64,000 nucleotides of DNA from Glycera tridactyla. Lineage: Eukaryota. The stretch spans positions 31,124,001-31,188,000 of the forward strand of contig OZ286473.1 of NCBI GenBank assembly GCA_965644265.1, given 5' to 3'. Both the position numbers and the translations under genes were made by a program. Positions 35,658-48,760 of this stretch are shown one piece after another (the stretch's first letter is position 1; every line of letters begins with the position of its first letter). The notes below the pieces were generated by a model. It had not been told where the DNA came from and made no database searches. It was given only the letters and a program-made list of their open reading frames with translations.

Positions 35658-35815
35658 ATTTGTTTGTTTGTTTGTTCGTTTGAGGTTTAACGGCATGTAT
35701 CAACCTTAGGGTTACGCATGCCGCGTGTTCCTGTATAATGAATGCTAGATGTTCTCTCCCCCGTAGACATCACTCTCACAAACCCTGAACACAAGATGAT
35801 GGGGAACCTAAAGAA
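35658..35815 (-). mobile_element. SINE-like family copy 4 (remainder at ~35980-36095)
   Basis: Same tail, hairpin and core. The continuation GGCATATC..CTGGCTGGAAGCT.ACACTC matches copy 1. Confidence 0.7.
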
Positions 35816-37329
35816 GCTGCGTGGAATCATATTCAGATACCATATCTTTAAAAAGCCACATGGGAGGCTTTTTTATTCTCCTTTCGGCTTTCGAAAACTT
35901 TGATCAAAATATGCTCGGAGGTATTGATAAATACTCAAAATTCCATCATGATATCGTAACAAAATATTGTCCAGTGGAGGTCGCTGACAGTTCATACACC
36001 CATATACCTACTCAACATGAATATATATGACATATCGATGGCATATCCAGCTATGAAACTGGCTGGAAGCTTACACTCAAGTTTGATAGCAGTGCTTTCT
36101 TTTAAGCAAAGTTCAACACTTCAAAAAGGAAAATCATCAGGTTTTGAGTTACAGGGACATATGGCCTGACAACCGCACATGTATGTATAATAATGGGCAC
36201 ATGCTAGCACCCTGCGTAACACCTTCACCAGACTGCCTTCACCTATCACCATCCTCTGGCATCAGCCACCTGCACATCACATCTCAGCCTCACCCACACA
36301 TCAGCATCTGAAGCTGGCCTGCCGAGTAGCTCATTAGCTCCTATCTACTTATCGAGCTTACCCGGAAATTACATTCAGCGTATCTATCAGCATGTGCATA
36401 TAATATTAATGGATTATTTACACGTATATGTCTTCTTGCTTCCTGGCGTTTTTTCCGTCCATCATCTGCTCCCCCGGCTTCTCACATCTCTGTCTTGAAC
36501 AATCCATCAAAACTCAGCCTTCAAAAAGACTCAAACATAGCTTGGCCATGTCTACCTCAAACACAATCGAGCTATGCAAGTAATTGTAATGGATACCGTC
36601 ATATCAAGCGACCTCCACACTTCCTTATCGAAATATTGAGCCTTTCTGTGGGTATTTCATCAATATATTCACATATCGAACTTCATCTTCTACACATTCA
36701 TGAGTGATTATGTTTAGTCGCTGAAATGTTCCTATACATTGAAAAGATTCAAATAATTCATTTTTTTATTTTCGGGATAAATTCTCATTTCCATCTCATA
36801 AGTAGTACATATCTTAAATCAATTCGACAAAATACATGATGATCATATATATACTTGGTCACTGGTAGAAATCACAGCTACCGACATAACATATATAAGA
36901 AACTAATGCTACCATGTTCATAGGCGTATGCGGGTTCTGCAGTAGCCATGGATATACATGAAATCCTGAGCATGTGAGGGGAATGAACATCTTTGATTTT
37001 CTAATGCAGTCCACCGTCTAGACACTGGATTATTGAACCACTACCATTTGCTGAGTGTCACTTTGTTATGTCTGCGAATGGTGAAGTAGGGGGAGGGGCT
37101 CCTCTTCTCAAAGTTCTGGGTCATATTCTAATCGCTCTGATCCGATCGGGATGTAAGCCAGGGATTATCAGATGGGCGACACTGATGGAAGATTAAAGTG
37201 GCGAGATAATCGATGGAGAGTGTCTTCTTGCCAAGCATTGAACTCCATCACGCGCCCGTGTCGATCTCAAACCAGCCATTTTGTTACAATGACTGAAGGA
37301 ATGGAATGGGCCACTTCCTGGTGTACTAG

Positions 37330-37500
37330 GTGGGATCTCTTTATCTAGAGTTATGTATGCCATGTGTTCCTGGGTGATGAAAGCGAGATGCTCAACCCAG
37401 CAGACGTCATTTTCACAAACCCCGATCACAAGATGACGGGCAACCTGAGATTTTGTCGAGTAGAAGTAGCAGACGGTTAAGACACACCTCCTTCTATCTA
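37330..37500 (-). mobile_element. SINE-like family copy 5
   Basis: TATGTATGCCATGTGTTCCTG..CACAAACCCCGATCACAAGATGAC..AGACACACCTC. Confidence 0.6.
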
Positions 37501-38209
37501 ACATGGAAATAATTAAACTAATGACCAATTGCGGGAAGTTCGTCCAGTGAAGCTCTATCACTTACATAACACCCCTGATATATTTGAGGGGGCTGACTTG
37601 CCCCTTTGTGGTGGTAGGGTCGAATTCAGGTTCTGCAAGATTATGGTGAGATAGAGGAGCTATTTCGATATTCGTTTACTCAATATCCTGTAAGTGCAAC
37701 TGTATTGTTTTCTTTTGGAGTGAGGATCCCGTAATTGTGCTGTCAATGGACCCATATCCAACGAAATATGTGGATAGACCTGTCTCCTCCGTCCGCAACG
37801 CTGTATGGGGATGATTTCGCGTGTTTTTGGAACCGACGTAATGCGTGCTCACATGCGGAAGCACTAAACAGATAAGACCCAGAAAAGTCAAATTTACATG
37901 TGAGCAGCCACTATTGCTACTATCCTGTATATTCCATTTCGCCAAGTGTGGATCACCCGCACGCGGATAATACCAGCTTCCGGCTGACCTATTTTCGCTC
38001 TCTCGTACGCATCCCTCTTCTGTGGTGATGTGATAGATTTACACGCATGACCACTCACAGATTTGATAATGATTGCGGCGATTCATAAGATGTCACCGCC
38101 GGCCCAACCCTCTGATTGATCTGCCGAGTGCGAAGCCCGAGAACAACCGAATCCATCAATCAGAGACCCAAAGGCCAAATTCACGCAGGTCTAGGGATAC
38201 TATATAGTG

Positions 38210-39119
38210 GATGGTAGGTTCTATGAATCACCATGGTATTTTGGCATCTATACGATGGTAGGTTCCATGAATCACCATGGTATTTTGGCATCTATACGAT
38301 GGTAGGTTCCATGAATCACCATGGTATTTTGGCATCTATAGGATGGTAGGTTCTATGAATGATCATGGTATTTTGGCATCTATACAATGGTAGGTTCCAT
38401 GAATCATCATGGTATTTGGGCACCTATAGGATGGTAGGTTCTATGAATCATCATGGTATTTTGGCATCTATATGAGGGTAGGTTCTATCAATCATCATGG
38501 TATTTTGGCATCTATAGGATGGTAGGTTCTATGAATCATCATGATATTTTGGCATCTATAGGATGGTAGGTTCTATGAATCATCACGGTATTTTGGCATC
38601 TATGCGATGGTAGGTTCTATGAATCATCATGGTATTTTGGCATCTATAGGATGGTGGGTTCTATCAATCATCATGGTATTTTGGCATCTATAGGATGGTA
38701 GTTTCTATGAATTATCATGATATTTTGGCATCTATAGGATGGTAGGTTCTATCAATCATCATCGTATTTTGGCATCTATACAATGGTAGGTTCTATGAAT
38801 CATCATGGTATTTTGGCATCCATAGGATGGTAGGTTCTATGAATTATCATGGGATTTTGGCATCTATAGGATGGTAGGTTCTATGAATCATCATGGTATT
38901 TTGGCATCTATATGATGGTAGGTTCTATGAATCATCATGGTATTTTGGCATCTATACGATGGTAGGTTCTATGAATCATCATGGTATTTTGGCATCTATG
39001 CGATGGTAGGTTCTTTGAATCATCATGGTATTTTGGCATCTATGCGATGGTAGGTTCTATGAATCATCATGGTATTTTGGCATCTATGCGATGGTAGGTT
39101 TTATGAATCATCATGGTAT
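38210..39119. repeat. 44-bp minisatellite, ~20.7 units
   Basis: GATGGTAGGTTCTATGAATCATCATGGTATTTTGGCATCTATAG in tandem, with few substitutions. Confidence 0.97.
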
Positions 39120-39197
39120 CATTCTAACAGAAAGTACGGATAATCTAACTCACTATGAGTATCAGAGAGCTTGAGGCATCTAGGTGCACCCTGACTG

Positions 39198-39545
39198 ATG
39201 AATTATGTCGCCGTCACCGCCACTGTCACTGTTACTGTCATTGTTGCTGTCACTGTCACCGTCATCATCACCGTTACTGCCACCAATAAAATCACCATCA
39301 CTTCCACCAATACCATCACCATCACCAACATCTTCACCGTCACCGTCACCGTCACCGTCACCGTCACCGTCACCGACACTGTCGCCGTCACCGTCACTGT
39401 CAGCATCACAGTCATTGCCACTGATACCATCACAGTCTCTGTCACCAATACCATCACCATCACCGTCACCATCACTGTCACCATCGGCGTCACCATCACC
39501 GTAACCATCACCATCACCGTCACCGTCACTGTCACCATCACCGTC
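39198..39545. repeat. (CACCGT/CACCAT)n low-complexity tract
   Basis: Direct observation. Confidence 0.9.
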
Positions 39546-40284
39546 AAAAAACGGCTCTTAACACGGCGTGATGCCGTCATTGCCGATGCAGCTACAGACT
39601 GGATGATTGAGGCTAAGTAAAACGGCTCGGTGTCATCAGTAGGCTAGAGGGCGCCGGGAGTGCGTGCGATGGCCTCCGATCTCGTCATTTGGGCTGGAAT
39701 TCGACTGGCTAACCTGGGCTGATCCTGGTAAGCTGTGATAATGTCAGGTGAGCAGGTAATTAGGTTTTTATCCCCCCAAATATCAGCATTGCTCCCATCG
39801 ATCGACGCCGACGAGTGTCATCATCGAGAGCTCCATCCACCCATTGGTCCGCCGCCCCGAGACTTACGCGAGATGGCGCCACGTCGGCCTACCAATTATG
39901 ACGCCATCTATCGACGAGAATCGATACCTCAAATGTAAATATAGGAGTATACAGTCTGATTTGTTTTTTTCATTTAACCTTTCTCTTCTCTCTACTTTCT
40001 CTCCTTCCGCTCCAGCAATATCTTTCTAACAACTTCATATCGTGTTATCAAGCTCTCGCCTCGTTATACATGTATACGTTGTCATGTTTTATTTTACTTA
40101 TTCAAGAATTTGGGGTCTGATACCCTTCGTATGAGTTTTTTCAATAAGATGGATAAAATATTGAAAATATATCTCAACCTCACTGGGTTACACTGGACGG
40201 AAAATGCTGGGAAAAGGGGGGGGGGCATAAATGCCGGGAGACATACCCCTCCCTACCTTTTGGGAAGGGCAGCAATGCTTCTGG

Positions 40285-40560
40285 TGATGGTGACGCACTG
40301 CTGATGATGGTGATGATGATGGTGAAAGGGATGGTGATGGAGCTGCTGGCAGTGACGGTGATGGTGACAGTGATGGTTATGGTACTGCTGGCAGTGATGG
40401 CGATGGCGGCAGTGATGGCGAGGGCGCTGCAGGCATTGACGGTAATGGTGCCAATGGAGGTGACGGTACTGTTGGCAGTGAAGGTGATCTCGACAGCGGC
40501 GGTGACATCACTACTGTTAGCGATGATGGTGATGGTGATAGTGAAGCTGACGATGGTGGT
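40285..40560. repeat. (GGTGAT/GGTGAC)n low-complexity tract
   Basis: Direct observation; the complement of the 39198-39545 motif. Confidence 0.85.
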
Positions 40561-41400
40561 TATATGTTGACAACATTGCTAGAGCGAACTCCCATACACG
40601 TAGCGAGCCTTCGATACCCCGGCCTGCATGGTTATTGGTATGTTCAAATATATTTTTTTGAAGGTAACAATTACATATCTTGACAAGTCTGACGATTTTG
40701 AGGATGTATCGTCATTCTCTGTAGTATACAACTGCATTGCCTTTGCACTCCTTTGATCACCAATGCTGCCGCTAGCGGCTATCCATTCGAACCTGGGTCG
40801 AGGGGAGTAGTAGAGTGCAGAATCCCTTGCAGTAGCAGCACCAGCAAGAACAAAAGCAACATCGGTATCAATACGATATGAACCTTCATCATTATTGGTA
40901 TTGGCACCAGTAGCAATACTGGTACGACGATGATATCACTGCTGATATCGTGCGTCAGCACCACTATCAGTATCAGACGCACTATCAGTACCATAACAAT
41001 ATCAGTACCAATGATAGAAATCCAGTGCATGCCAAATGGGACATCAAAGGCCGAACGTGTGTATCTGAGTCTATTCCCGTATTCGGGTAAAAGAAACACT
41101 GCTATTATTTGCAAAGACAAGAGGATTGCCCCGGCAGCGATGTATATTTTCTTCAGCCGTTTGAGTTTTCCAGTCTGATATGACCAAAAAGTTCAATGTC
41201 AAGGTCATATCTCCAATGTCAGAGGTCACACGGGCAAAAATCGATGCCTATGAACATCTAACCCTATCTAACACACACACCCCACCCATCCCCACATGGC
41301 TCCTCAATATATGTCGATTACGTAATGGCCACAGCTGAGAAGCAACAGAGGCCTTGTCAGTTACCGAAACAATAACATAACGAACTCGAACTTATTGATC

Positions 41401-42570
41401 AACTAGAAAGGTGTCCATGGGACACGGATGCCTCCACTGAGACCCTGACCTATGAGTGAGCAACACAATTTTTGCACATAACATGTCGTCTTCATATGAT
41501 GATCATGTGTACTGATTTATTTGAAATTCCTATCACGGAAGAAAAAGTTATGGGCCAGACAAAAATTGACCAATCAGAGGCCACTCACAGATTGTGCATG
41601 CAAAACATCATCCTCATATGATGATCATTTGCACCTATTTATTTGAGAATTCAGTCATGGATGGCAAAGTTATGGGCCAGACAAAAATCAACCAACCAGA
41701 GGCCACCATTTGTTGGGAACTCACTTAAGCATGACAGTTTTTGTTCATGACACATCGCCTTCATATGATGATTCGTATCAAGTTGTATGAAAATCCAGTC
41801 ATGGATGGTGAAGGTATGGTCCGGACATGAATCTATCAATCAGAGGCCACCATTTTGTGGGAAATCACTCAATCGTGACAGTTCTTGCTCATGACACATC
41901 GTCTTCATATGATGATCAGGTGTATCGAGTTTCTGAAAATCTAATCATGGATGATAAACTTATGGACAGGACATGAATTGACCAATCAGAGGCCACCATT
42001 TTGCAGGAAATCACTCAAGCATGACGGTTCTTGCTCATGACACATCACCCTCATATGATGATCATGAGTGCCAAGTTTTATAGAAATCCAGTCATGGATG
42101 TCAAAGTTATGGGCTGGACAAGAATCAACCATCAGAGGCCACCATTTGGCAGGAAATCACTCAAGCATGACAGTTCTTGCTCATGACACATCGCCCTCAT
42201 ATGATGATCATGTGTCCCAAATTAATGAAAATCTAGTCATGGATGGCAAAGTTATGGGCCGGACAAGAATTGACCAATCGGAGGCCACCATTTGGCAAGA
42301 AATCACTCAAGCATGACGAATCTTGTTCATGACACATCGCCCTCATCTGATGATCATGTGTACCAAGTTTTATGATAATCCAGTCATGGATGGCAAAGTT
42401 ATTGGCCGGACATAAATTGACCAATCAGAGGCCACCATTTGGTAGGAAATCACTCAAGCGTGACGGTTCTTGCTCATGACACATTCCCCCCATATGATGA
42501 TCATGTATACCAAGTTTTATGAAAATCCAGTCATGGATGGCAAAGTTATGGGCCGGACACGGAAAGGACA

Positions 42571-42656
<86 letters not shown>

Positions 42657-42704
42657 CAGGGTAAACACTATATGCCTTCCGCCATGATATGGCGGAGGCA
42701 TAAT
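41401..42704 (+). mobile_element. Complete HINE with ~8-unit internal array of ~146-147 bp
   Basis: 5' AACTAGAAAGG..ATGCCTCC subterminal repeat; tandem units with CCAATCAGAGGCCACC; (AC)n; 3' hairpin TATGCCTTCCGCC..GGCGGAGGCATA complementary to the 5' subterminal repeat. Confidence 0.85.
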
Positions 42705-42719
42705 TATGACCCCAGGATT

Positions 42720-42870
42720 GATGTCGATTACGGAAAAGTCTTACATAACACAGGTGACTAACAAAAGAGCCATTGTCAGTTTCCGAAGAATCTTGCATGA
42801 CAAACTCAAAATTTGTGGACGGACAGACGCAGTGCTTATCATAGGGCACCCGCATTTTCATGTGGGGCTT
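42720..42870 (+). mobile_element. Short HINE-like element, copy of 25180-25345
   Basis: ATGTCGATTACGG..CATTGTCAGTTTCCGAAGAATCTT..GGACAGACG..GGCACCCGCATTT. Confidence 0.6.
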
Positions 42871-43139
42871 TCATCTCACACAACATTGCCTGAAGTAGGA
42901 GAGTTACGCTGGTCACATCTCATGCATCATTGTCTGCTCCCGGCCATATTAAGGCCACTCAGGGTGTCATGTGCAAATTGAACACTTGATGAATGAGTCT
43001 ACCACTACTTTCATCTCAGACTGATTTGACGCAAAGTTTCAATTAAGAAGCTAACCCGTGATTAATTAGTTCTCAGTTACTTGACAACACTTCGTGAGAA
43101 GGTACTAAATTTGGTGAGAGCAATGCAGTTGGAGGCGTT

Positions 43140-43245
43140 AGGCATCAATCAACCAATCAATCAATCAACCAATCAATCAATCAACAAATCAATCAATCAA
43201 CCACTCTGGCAGTCAGATTCCAATTTGGTTTGGTTCAGTTTGGTT
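43140..43245. repeat. (AATC)n and (GGTTT)n microsatellites
   Basis: Direct observation. Confidence 0.85.
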
Positions 43246-44165
43246 GACTGTTTTGACTGATCTCAGTCGAGTACCACTGTCAGAGCCTGAAGGTTCTGAT
43301 CTTCTCAGTGCTGCTGTTAGCTATTTATGGGTGACAGGTCTAATCTCGGCAAACAGCAACCCTCTGCCTGTGATTGAATTTAGAACCTCCTCTCTTGTGC
43401 CTGCATGTGTGAGTATTCGGAGGAGGGTATTGACGAAAAACAGACAAGATACAGGCGTACCTTCAACATTGTATCGAAGCTCTCGTGAACCGCTTTGATA
43501 TAGTTCACCCCATGATTATCTCGAAGATTGAGTAACTGTATAAAAATTACAAATCGAAAAAAGGGGACACCTTCAGGGATCCCATAATCTAAGCGTGGTT
43601 TTCTTCTTGGTTTTTACTCGGATTTTCAACGATTCAAATCCTATGAAAAGGCATCTTGGACTACTACATTGTGATCAGTCTCTGTTCATGTATGATCAGT
43701 CCATGTCCATATAGAATATTCATGTTCAGGCCAGCTATATGGATGCTTCAATGTGTTGTCATCAAGTGTGTTGAGTATCATATATGGCTTTGCCCGAATA
43801 ATATCCATGTGAAACAATTGTTATTTTCGCCAAAAGGGTGTTCCATCGTCATCAACATTGTCTTGCCATTGTTGACATCCCGGACCATTCCCTTCCACAG
43901 GTGCTGATGAGGTTCTTCTCAGATGGAGGAACCTCCTTCGATCTTGATTGCAATGAGTGGTGAATGATTGAGTATTGAACTTTCCGAGAATAGGGTAACT
44001 TTGGAATCCCAAACACGCCAGTCCTGAAAGGGAAAATTGTACGAAATATGATGATATAGCTGGAATATTGAATATGAAGCAAAATAGTCCTGACCGTAGC
44101 CAAAAATAGTCGAGCACCTTATATCTGCTTTAGCATTTCATTGAATTCATTTTGATTTAACTGGG

Positions 44166-44402
44166 AACATAATTTTGAACTCTGTAAATATTCCGGAATT
44201 TTTTGCAAGATAAGGTTAGCACCCAGCCAATATTGATTTTTGATTTGAGTGAGAACATCATTTTGAATTCTGTGAATATTCCGGAAATTATGGCAAGATA
44301 AGGAGAGCACACAGCCACTTTTGATTCAGATTCGAGTGGGAACATTATTTTGAATTCTGTGAATATTACGAAAATTTTGGCAAGATAAGGTTAGCACCCA
44401 GC
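44166..44402. repeat. ~88-bp tandem repeat, 3 units
   Basis: AACAT.ATTTTGAA.TCTGT.AATATT.CGGAA..GCAAGATAAGG at 44166, 44254 and 44341. Confidence 0.85.
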
Positions 44403-45535
44403 CATTTCATGCTGTCGGATCTGGCCAGCGACACGACACTGCTCAGGTGATGTATATATGGCTATACATGCCATGGTGACCAATGGGGAGCCGGAATTGT
44501 GATGAAATGCTGGTCCCGGAGTGACGTCATCGTCGTGTTAAGGAAGATTATCAGTGACATCTATCAGAACTAATATAGTCTCCAGCGCTGAAGACCCAGA
44601 TGGCGCCACAGTCGGGCCCCGCACACCGACAGTAAAACCGTCACTACCGAGGCCACTACGACCTGAATGATTGAGGCAAGCCGGCAATGTCCTCGTGGAG
44701 GCAGCTACGGACTCTCTGATTGAGGCTATAGCCATTAGAGCTAGTGTGAACACTTTTTAGGTGATCAAATGTGCTCCATTTAGTCAGAACGTAAGCGCAG
44801 AAACGCGACTATACCTCAATGCTCAACTTAGGTCAACACAATGGGCGATAACAGAGGGAAGGGTCAATGGCGGAGGTTACGTCAGTCTGCCGCTAGATGG
44901 CGTGTACAACATGTCACATTAAAAGTCCGACGCAATCAGTCACCTGCCCGAAATGGGATTACCCCCCCCCCCTCGCTGCCCAAACCGAGGCCATTTCACT
45001 GATGTTTGCAAGAACCACGGCTACAACGGGCACGCCATCTTGTCCGGGTTTTGCAATATCGAGAATTCGAAAACTAAAAGGGGTACACTCTCAATCTTCA
45101 AAGGTCATTTGATTATGGTGAAACTGGTTCTGGTTGGTGTCTGCAGTCTGCTGGGTAAATCATTCCTCGATATCTGTCACAAATGGGACACCCTGCTACT
45201 CATCAAGCTGACAGTTAAGCCTGGTTTTTGTAGCCACATTTCAACATCAACCCGTGCCGACAACGATATCAATATTCTGAGCGTTTTCTTTTATTACTCG
45301 TAAGTGATCTCGGCAGGAGGTGAATGACCTTCGATGTTTGTTTTTCATGGTGCATATTCACGCTGACTCATCAATTTCTGAATATTCGTGAAGTTGTGAC
45401 TTTGAGAGTATTGTTTTATGTGACTTTCACTGTCTTTCCTTACCATTGCACTAAAAGCTTTATGTTTTTGACACACTTTGGCTGACTTGATTTGATTTGA
45501 TTTGAGTTCAAAATCTTCTCGAGGTTGCAGGATCA

Positions 45536-45806
45536 TAGGCCAATATTCAGACAAATATCATGAATATGAAGCCAAATTGCTAAACTCAATAGGCTGATAT
45601 TCATACAAATATCATGAATATGAAGCCGAATTGCTTAACTCCATAGGCCAATATTTATACAAATATCATGAATATGAAGCCAAATTGCTAAACTCCACAG
45701 GCTAATATTCATGCAAATATCATGAATATTAAGCCGAATTGCTTAACTCCATAGGCCAATATTCATACAAATATCATGAATTTGGAGCCAAATTGCTAAA
45801 CTCCAC
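45536..45806. repeat. 54-bp minisatellite, 5 units
   Basis: TAGGCCAATATTCATACAAATATCATGAATATGAAGCC.AATTGCT.AACTC.. in tandem. Confidence 0.95.
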
Positions 45807-46289
45807 TCAATCATCAATCGAGCATAGGTCTGGCCAATGCTGAAGGTGATATTGCAAAATTCAACATTGTAAGTATTTTGGAAAGACCTTTCACGTTAGA
45901 TAGTATGTATTACTTTGGATGTACAGAACAACCTGTATTCAGAAACCAACCTAGGATTCCAAAATGTGGTTGCTGAATATAGTTGGTTGCTCAATACTCT
46001 GACGTGTAATACGAAGGTGGTTGCGTGAGACAGGTTGTTGCTGAATGCAGTGGTTGTCTAATACAAAAAGATGAACCCTCATCGGATGGTGCTCACTACT
46101 CTGTATTTTTGCAGATGCTGTTCAAAAACCCATACTTTCAGTGGGTTTAGGGGAAAGTTTCGAATAAGATCAAATTTGGAGTACGATACCCTGTAAGAAA
46201 TATCGTTTGCTAAGCTCTTGAAGCATGTTTCAGCGTATTCTGATATGACTTGCGAAAGCCTTCAACAAACATCTTGTGGATTAAATGCA

Positions 46290-47406
46290 TGGATTAAATG
46301 CAATTCTGCGAATTCTCCAGTGGTCACAAAACTGACAAATTGTTGTCGTATTCAACCCTAGTAGTTTATTTTGTCAAGAAGAAGAAAAAATTACGTTCAG
46401 ATTCACTTCAGAGAGTCCAGTTGATCAGTTTGAGTGTTGGCTCAAATTCCACTAGATATTCACTGTAGATATAAAGCGAGTTGATGAAGTCCTCACAATA
46501 CGCCGAAGTTGAGATAAAAACCAAGTCATATGGGAAGCCATCGATCTCCCCCAACACAGACAACACTGGTTTTATTCAGCCGAGGCAGTCCAACAGATTG
46601 ATGTTCTGCGAAATAACGTGTGCACTCGAATGAGGCATTTCTATTATTCACTTTCAGTGCAGTCCATGATCGGTTGGGTCAACAGTGCTTTATTGTTCGG
46701 GTGAACCCTCTCACTGGCAAACTCTGCGATACAACTATGAGAACACTGCTTTGTTTCTGGTCCAAAAGCATTTATCAAGTCCGAGCACCATGTATGCAAC
46801 GTGTTCCTGGTCAACGAAAACTACATGTTCTGTCCCCATCAGGCATCACCTATACGAACCGAGAACACAAGATGATTGGGAACCTGGAATGTTGTCAAGT
46901 GGGAGTAGGTTCCTATGCTCCTGAAGTACATCCTTTTTTCTGACAAATTAAGCATGGCATTTCAGTAAGTTCCGAGGAAGTTGTAAGAGAGCTGTCAATG
47001 AAAATACAATTCTGTGACTTATCTAGTGAACATAAGAGTGACAAACTGTTGTCATATTTAAGCCATGTTGCTTATTTTGTCGAAGTGAGGCAGGATATTA
47101 ATGTTTAGGTTCACTTTCATTTGCAAACATTTCAGAGCGTGTGCTTGATCAGTTTGGGTATTGGCTGACTGTCCACTAGATATTCACTGTAGATGGAAAC
47201 AGAGTTGATGAAGTCCTCATAATGTATCGAAGTTGAAATAAAAGCCAAGTCATATGGGAAGCCATCGATCTCCCCAACACAGACAACACTGGTTTTATTC
47301 AGCTGAAGCAGTCCAACAGATTGATGTTCTGCGAAATAATGTGCTCACTCAAATAAGGCATTTCTTTTATTCACTCTCAGTGCAATTTGGTGATTGGTTG
47401 GGTCAA
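46290..47406 (+). pseudogene. Two diverged copies of an unidentified ~130-codon coding-like segment, separated by a SINE-like copy
   Basis: 46290-46682 vs 47010-47406; QFC.. SS.HK.DKLLSY..V.YFV and IWEAIDLPQHRQHWFYSAEAVQQIDVLRNNV, with synonymous differences in this frame and shared stops. Confidence 0.45.
46780..46925 (-). mobile_element. SINE-like family copy 6
   Basis: ATGTATGCAACGTGTTCCTGG..GAACACAAGATGATTGGGAACCTG. Confidence 0.6.
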
Positions 47407-48304
47407 CACTCCCATATATCAAATCGACGTCCATTAGACGTGATTGGACATCCCCGGACGTCTGATACATCAAAGGCAAACATATGAACATGAATATGAA
47501 TAGAAATATGTGTACCATCTTCTCTTATTCTGCAATACGTAGCCAACCTCCAATAGTTCTCATTCAAACATGCATATTCTTTTCATCAATGTTTTCTGAT
47601 ATCTATATACCCGTATTTTCCATAAGTTGTAACAGTCCTGTATATTCGTGTCTCGTCTCTTGCAACTGTATTGTCTTTCATGTCAGACCTCTTCATGTCA
47701 TGTTCTATTGTTCTCAGTTCTACTTCTCATTCTATATGTTTTCTTGTCCACATGGACGTCGGCTCGCTATCGGGGGTGTTGATTTAACTTTCTTATTTCT
47801 TCGTACATAACATTTACATGCAATCAGTATACTTCTCCAGCGCGCCGAAAATGTGCTAGTACATACATAAAATATGGTTGATGAGATAAGATGCATAGGG
47901 ATTATTAGCAATACATGCAATTTGTGAATGATTGAAAAATGGATGTCGATGTATGGCGTGATAGGAGATGAAATGGGATGAATGACACTGAGTTACAATA
48001 CATCTATTTTTGCTGCTATCTGGTATAATACGGTCAATTATTATTCATGAAAATATTCAAAAAAACGATGTACTGAGATCCATTTTATGACCCATTTTAT
48101 GTCATTGTCGGCATGAAGCATCGCGATTGAACACTCTGCAATCCAACTTTTGGAACATTGGTCTGATTGATTAAATGATTGGTCACTCGACGTTTCACCG
48201 GCAAAGTTATATCGAGACACCCCTGTAAATATGATGTTTGGATCATTCAAGACTCCTTCTCTCTGGTCTCTAATGGGACAAGAAAAGACGGAAAATCAAC
48301 ACAA

Positions 48305-48348
48305 ACATGCAAACACACGCACACACACTCACACTCAAATACACTCGA

Positions 48349-48398
<50 letters not shown>
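48305..48398. repeat. (CA)n microsatellite
   Basis: Direct observation. Confidence 0.9.
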
Positions 48399-48399
<1 letters not shown>

Positions 48400-48760
48400 A
48401 TTGAGAGATGTCATTTCAGACTTGAACGAAGGATTTCTGTGAGGAGGATGAATTATCGCTGTTAGTGGGCACAATTTTCCTGAAGTGTCGATGCTGCTAC
48501 AAGCCATAAGACAAACGGTTTCTACAATGAATGGGACAAAATCAATGAGAATATATAGGGTCTCTCAGGAAACCATGGCAACGGAGGCTATTAATTTCCT
48601 CTGATCATACTATTCATGAAGATGTACGCCCAAGCCCCACATCATGCAAAGTTACGATATCCGCTCAACAACATCAGGTATCGACTTTGAAGCATAGGTA
48701 AAATGACACTGTTCTGTGTCATTCCTTGTTATGTACAAGAGTTGAAAATAGTCTGTCTAG

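Noticed and set aside
37680-37950. Trypsin-like look of a minus-strand frame (WLLTC..HNYG..VAL)
   Set aside because: Catalytic motifs (TAAHC, DIAL, GDSGG) are absent.
38210-39119. CRISPR-like appearance of the 44-, 52-, 54- and 35-bp arrays
   Set aside because: Head-to-tail repeats without unique spacers, no cas genes, eukaryotic context.
39198-40570. TVTVTV, SPSPSP and MVMV ORFs (mucin- or antifreeze-like)
   Set aside because: Hexamer low-complexity DNA open in several frames; no signal peptide, splice context or unique domain.
40770-40850. tRNA gene or SINE head from GGTTCGAA on the minus strand
   Set aside because: No A-box and no cloverleaf.
43895-43945. CTGATGA followed by a GGTTC/GAACC stem (hammerhead-like)
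   Set aside because: No GAAA after the stem and no stem I or III; not associated with a retroelement.
43650-44120. Semi-open minus frame that reads like protein
   Set aside because: Single copy with several stops and no recognisable motif; left unresolved.
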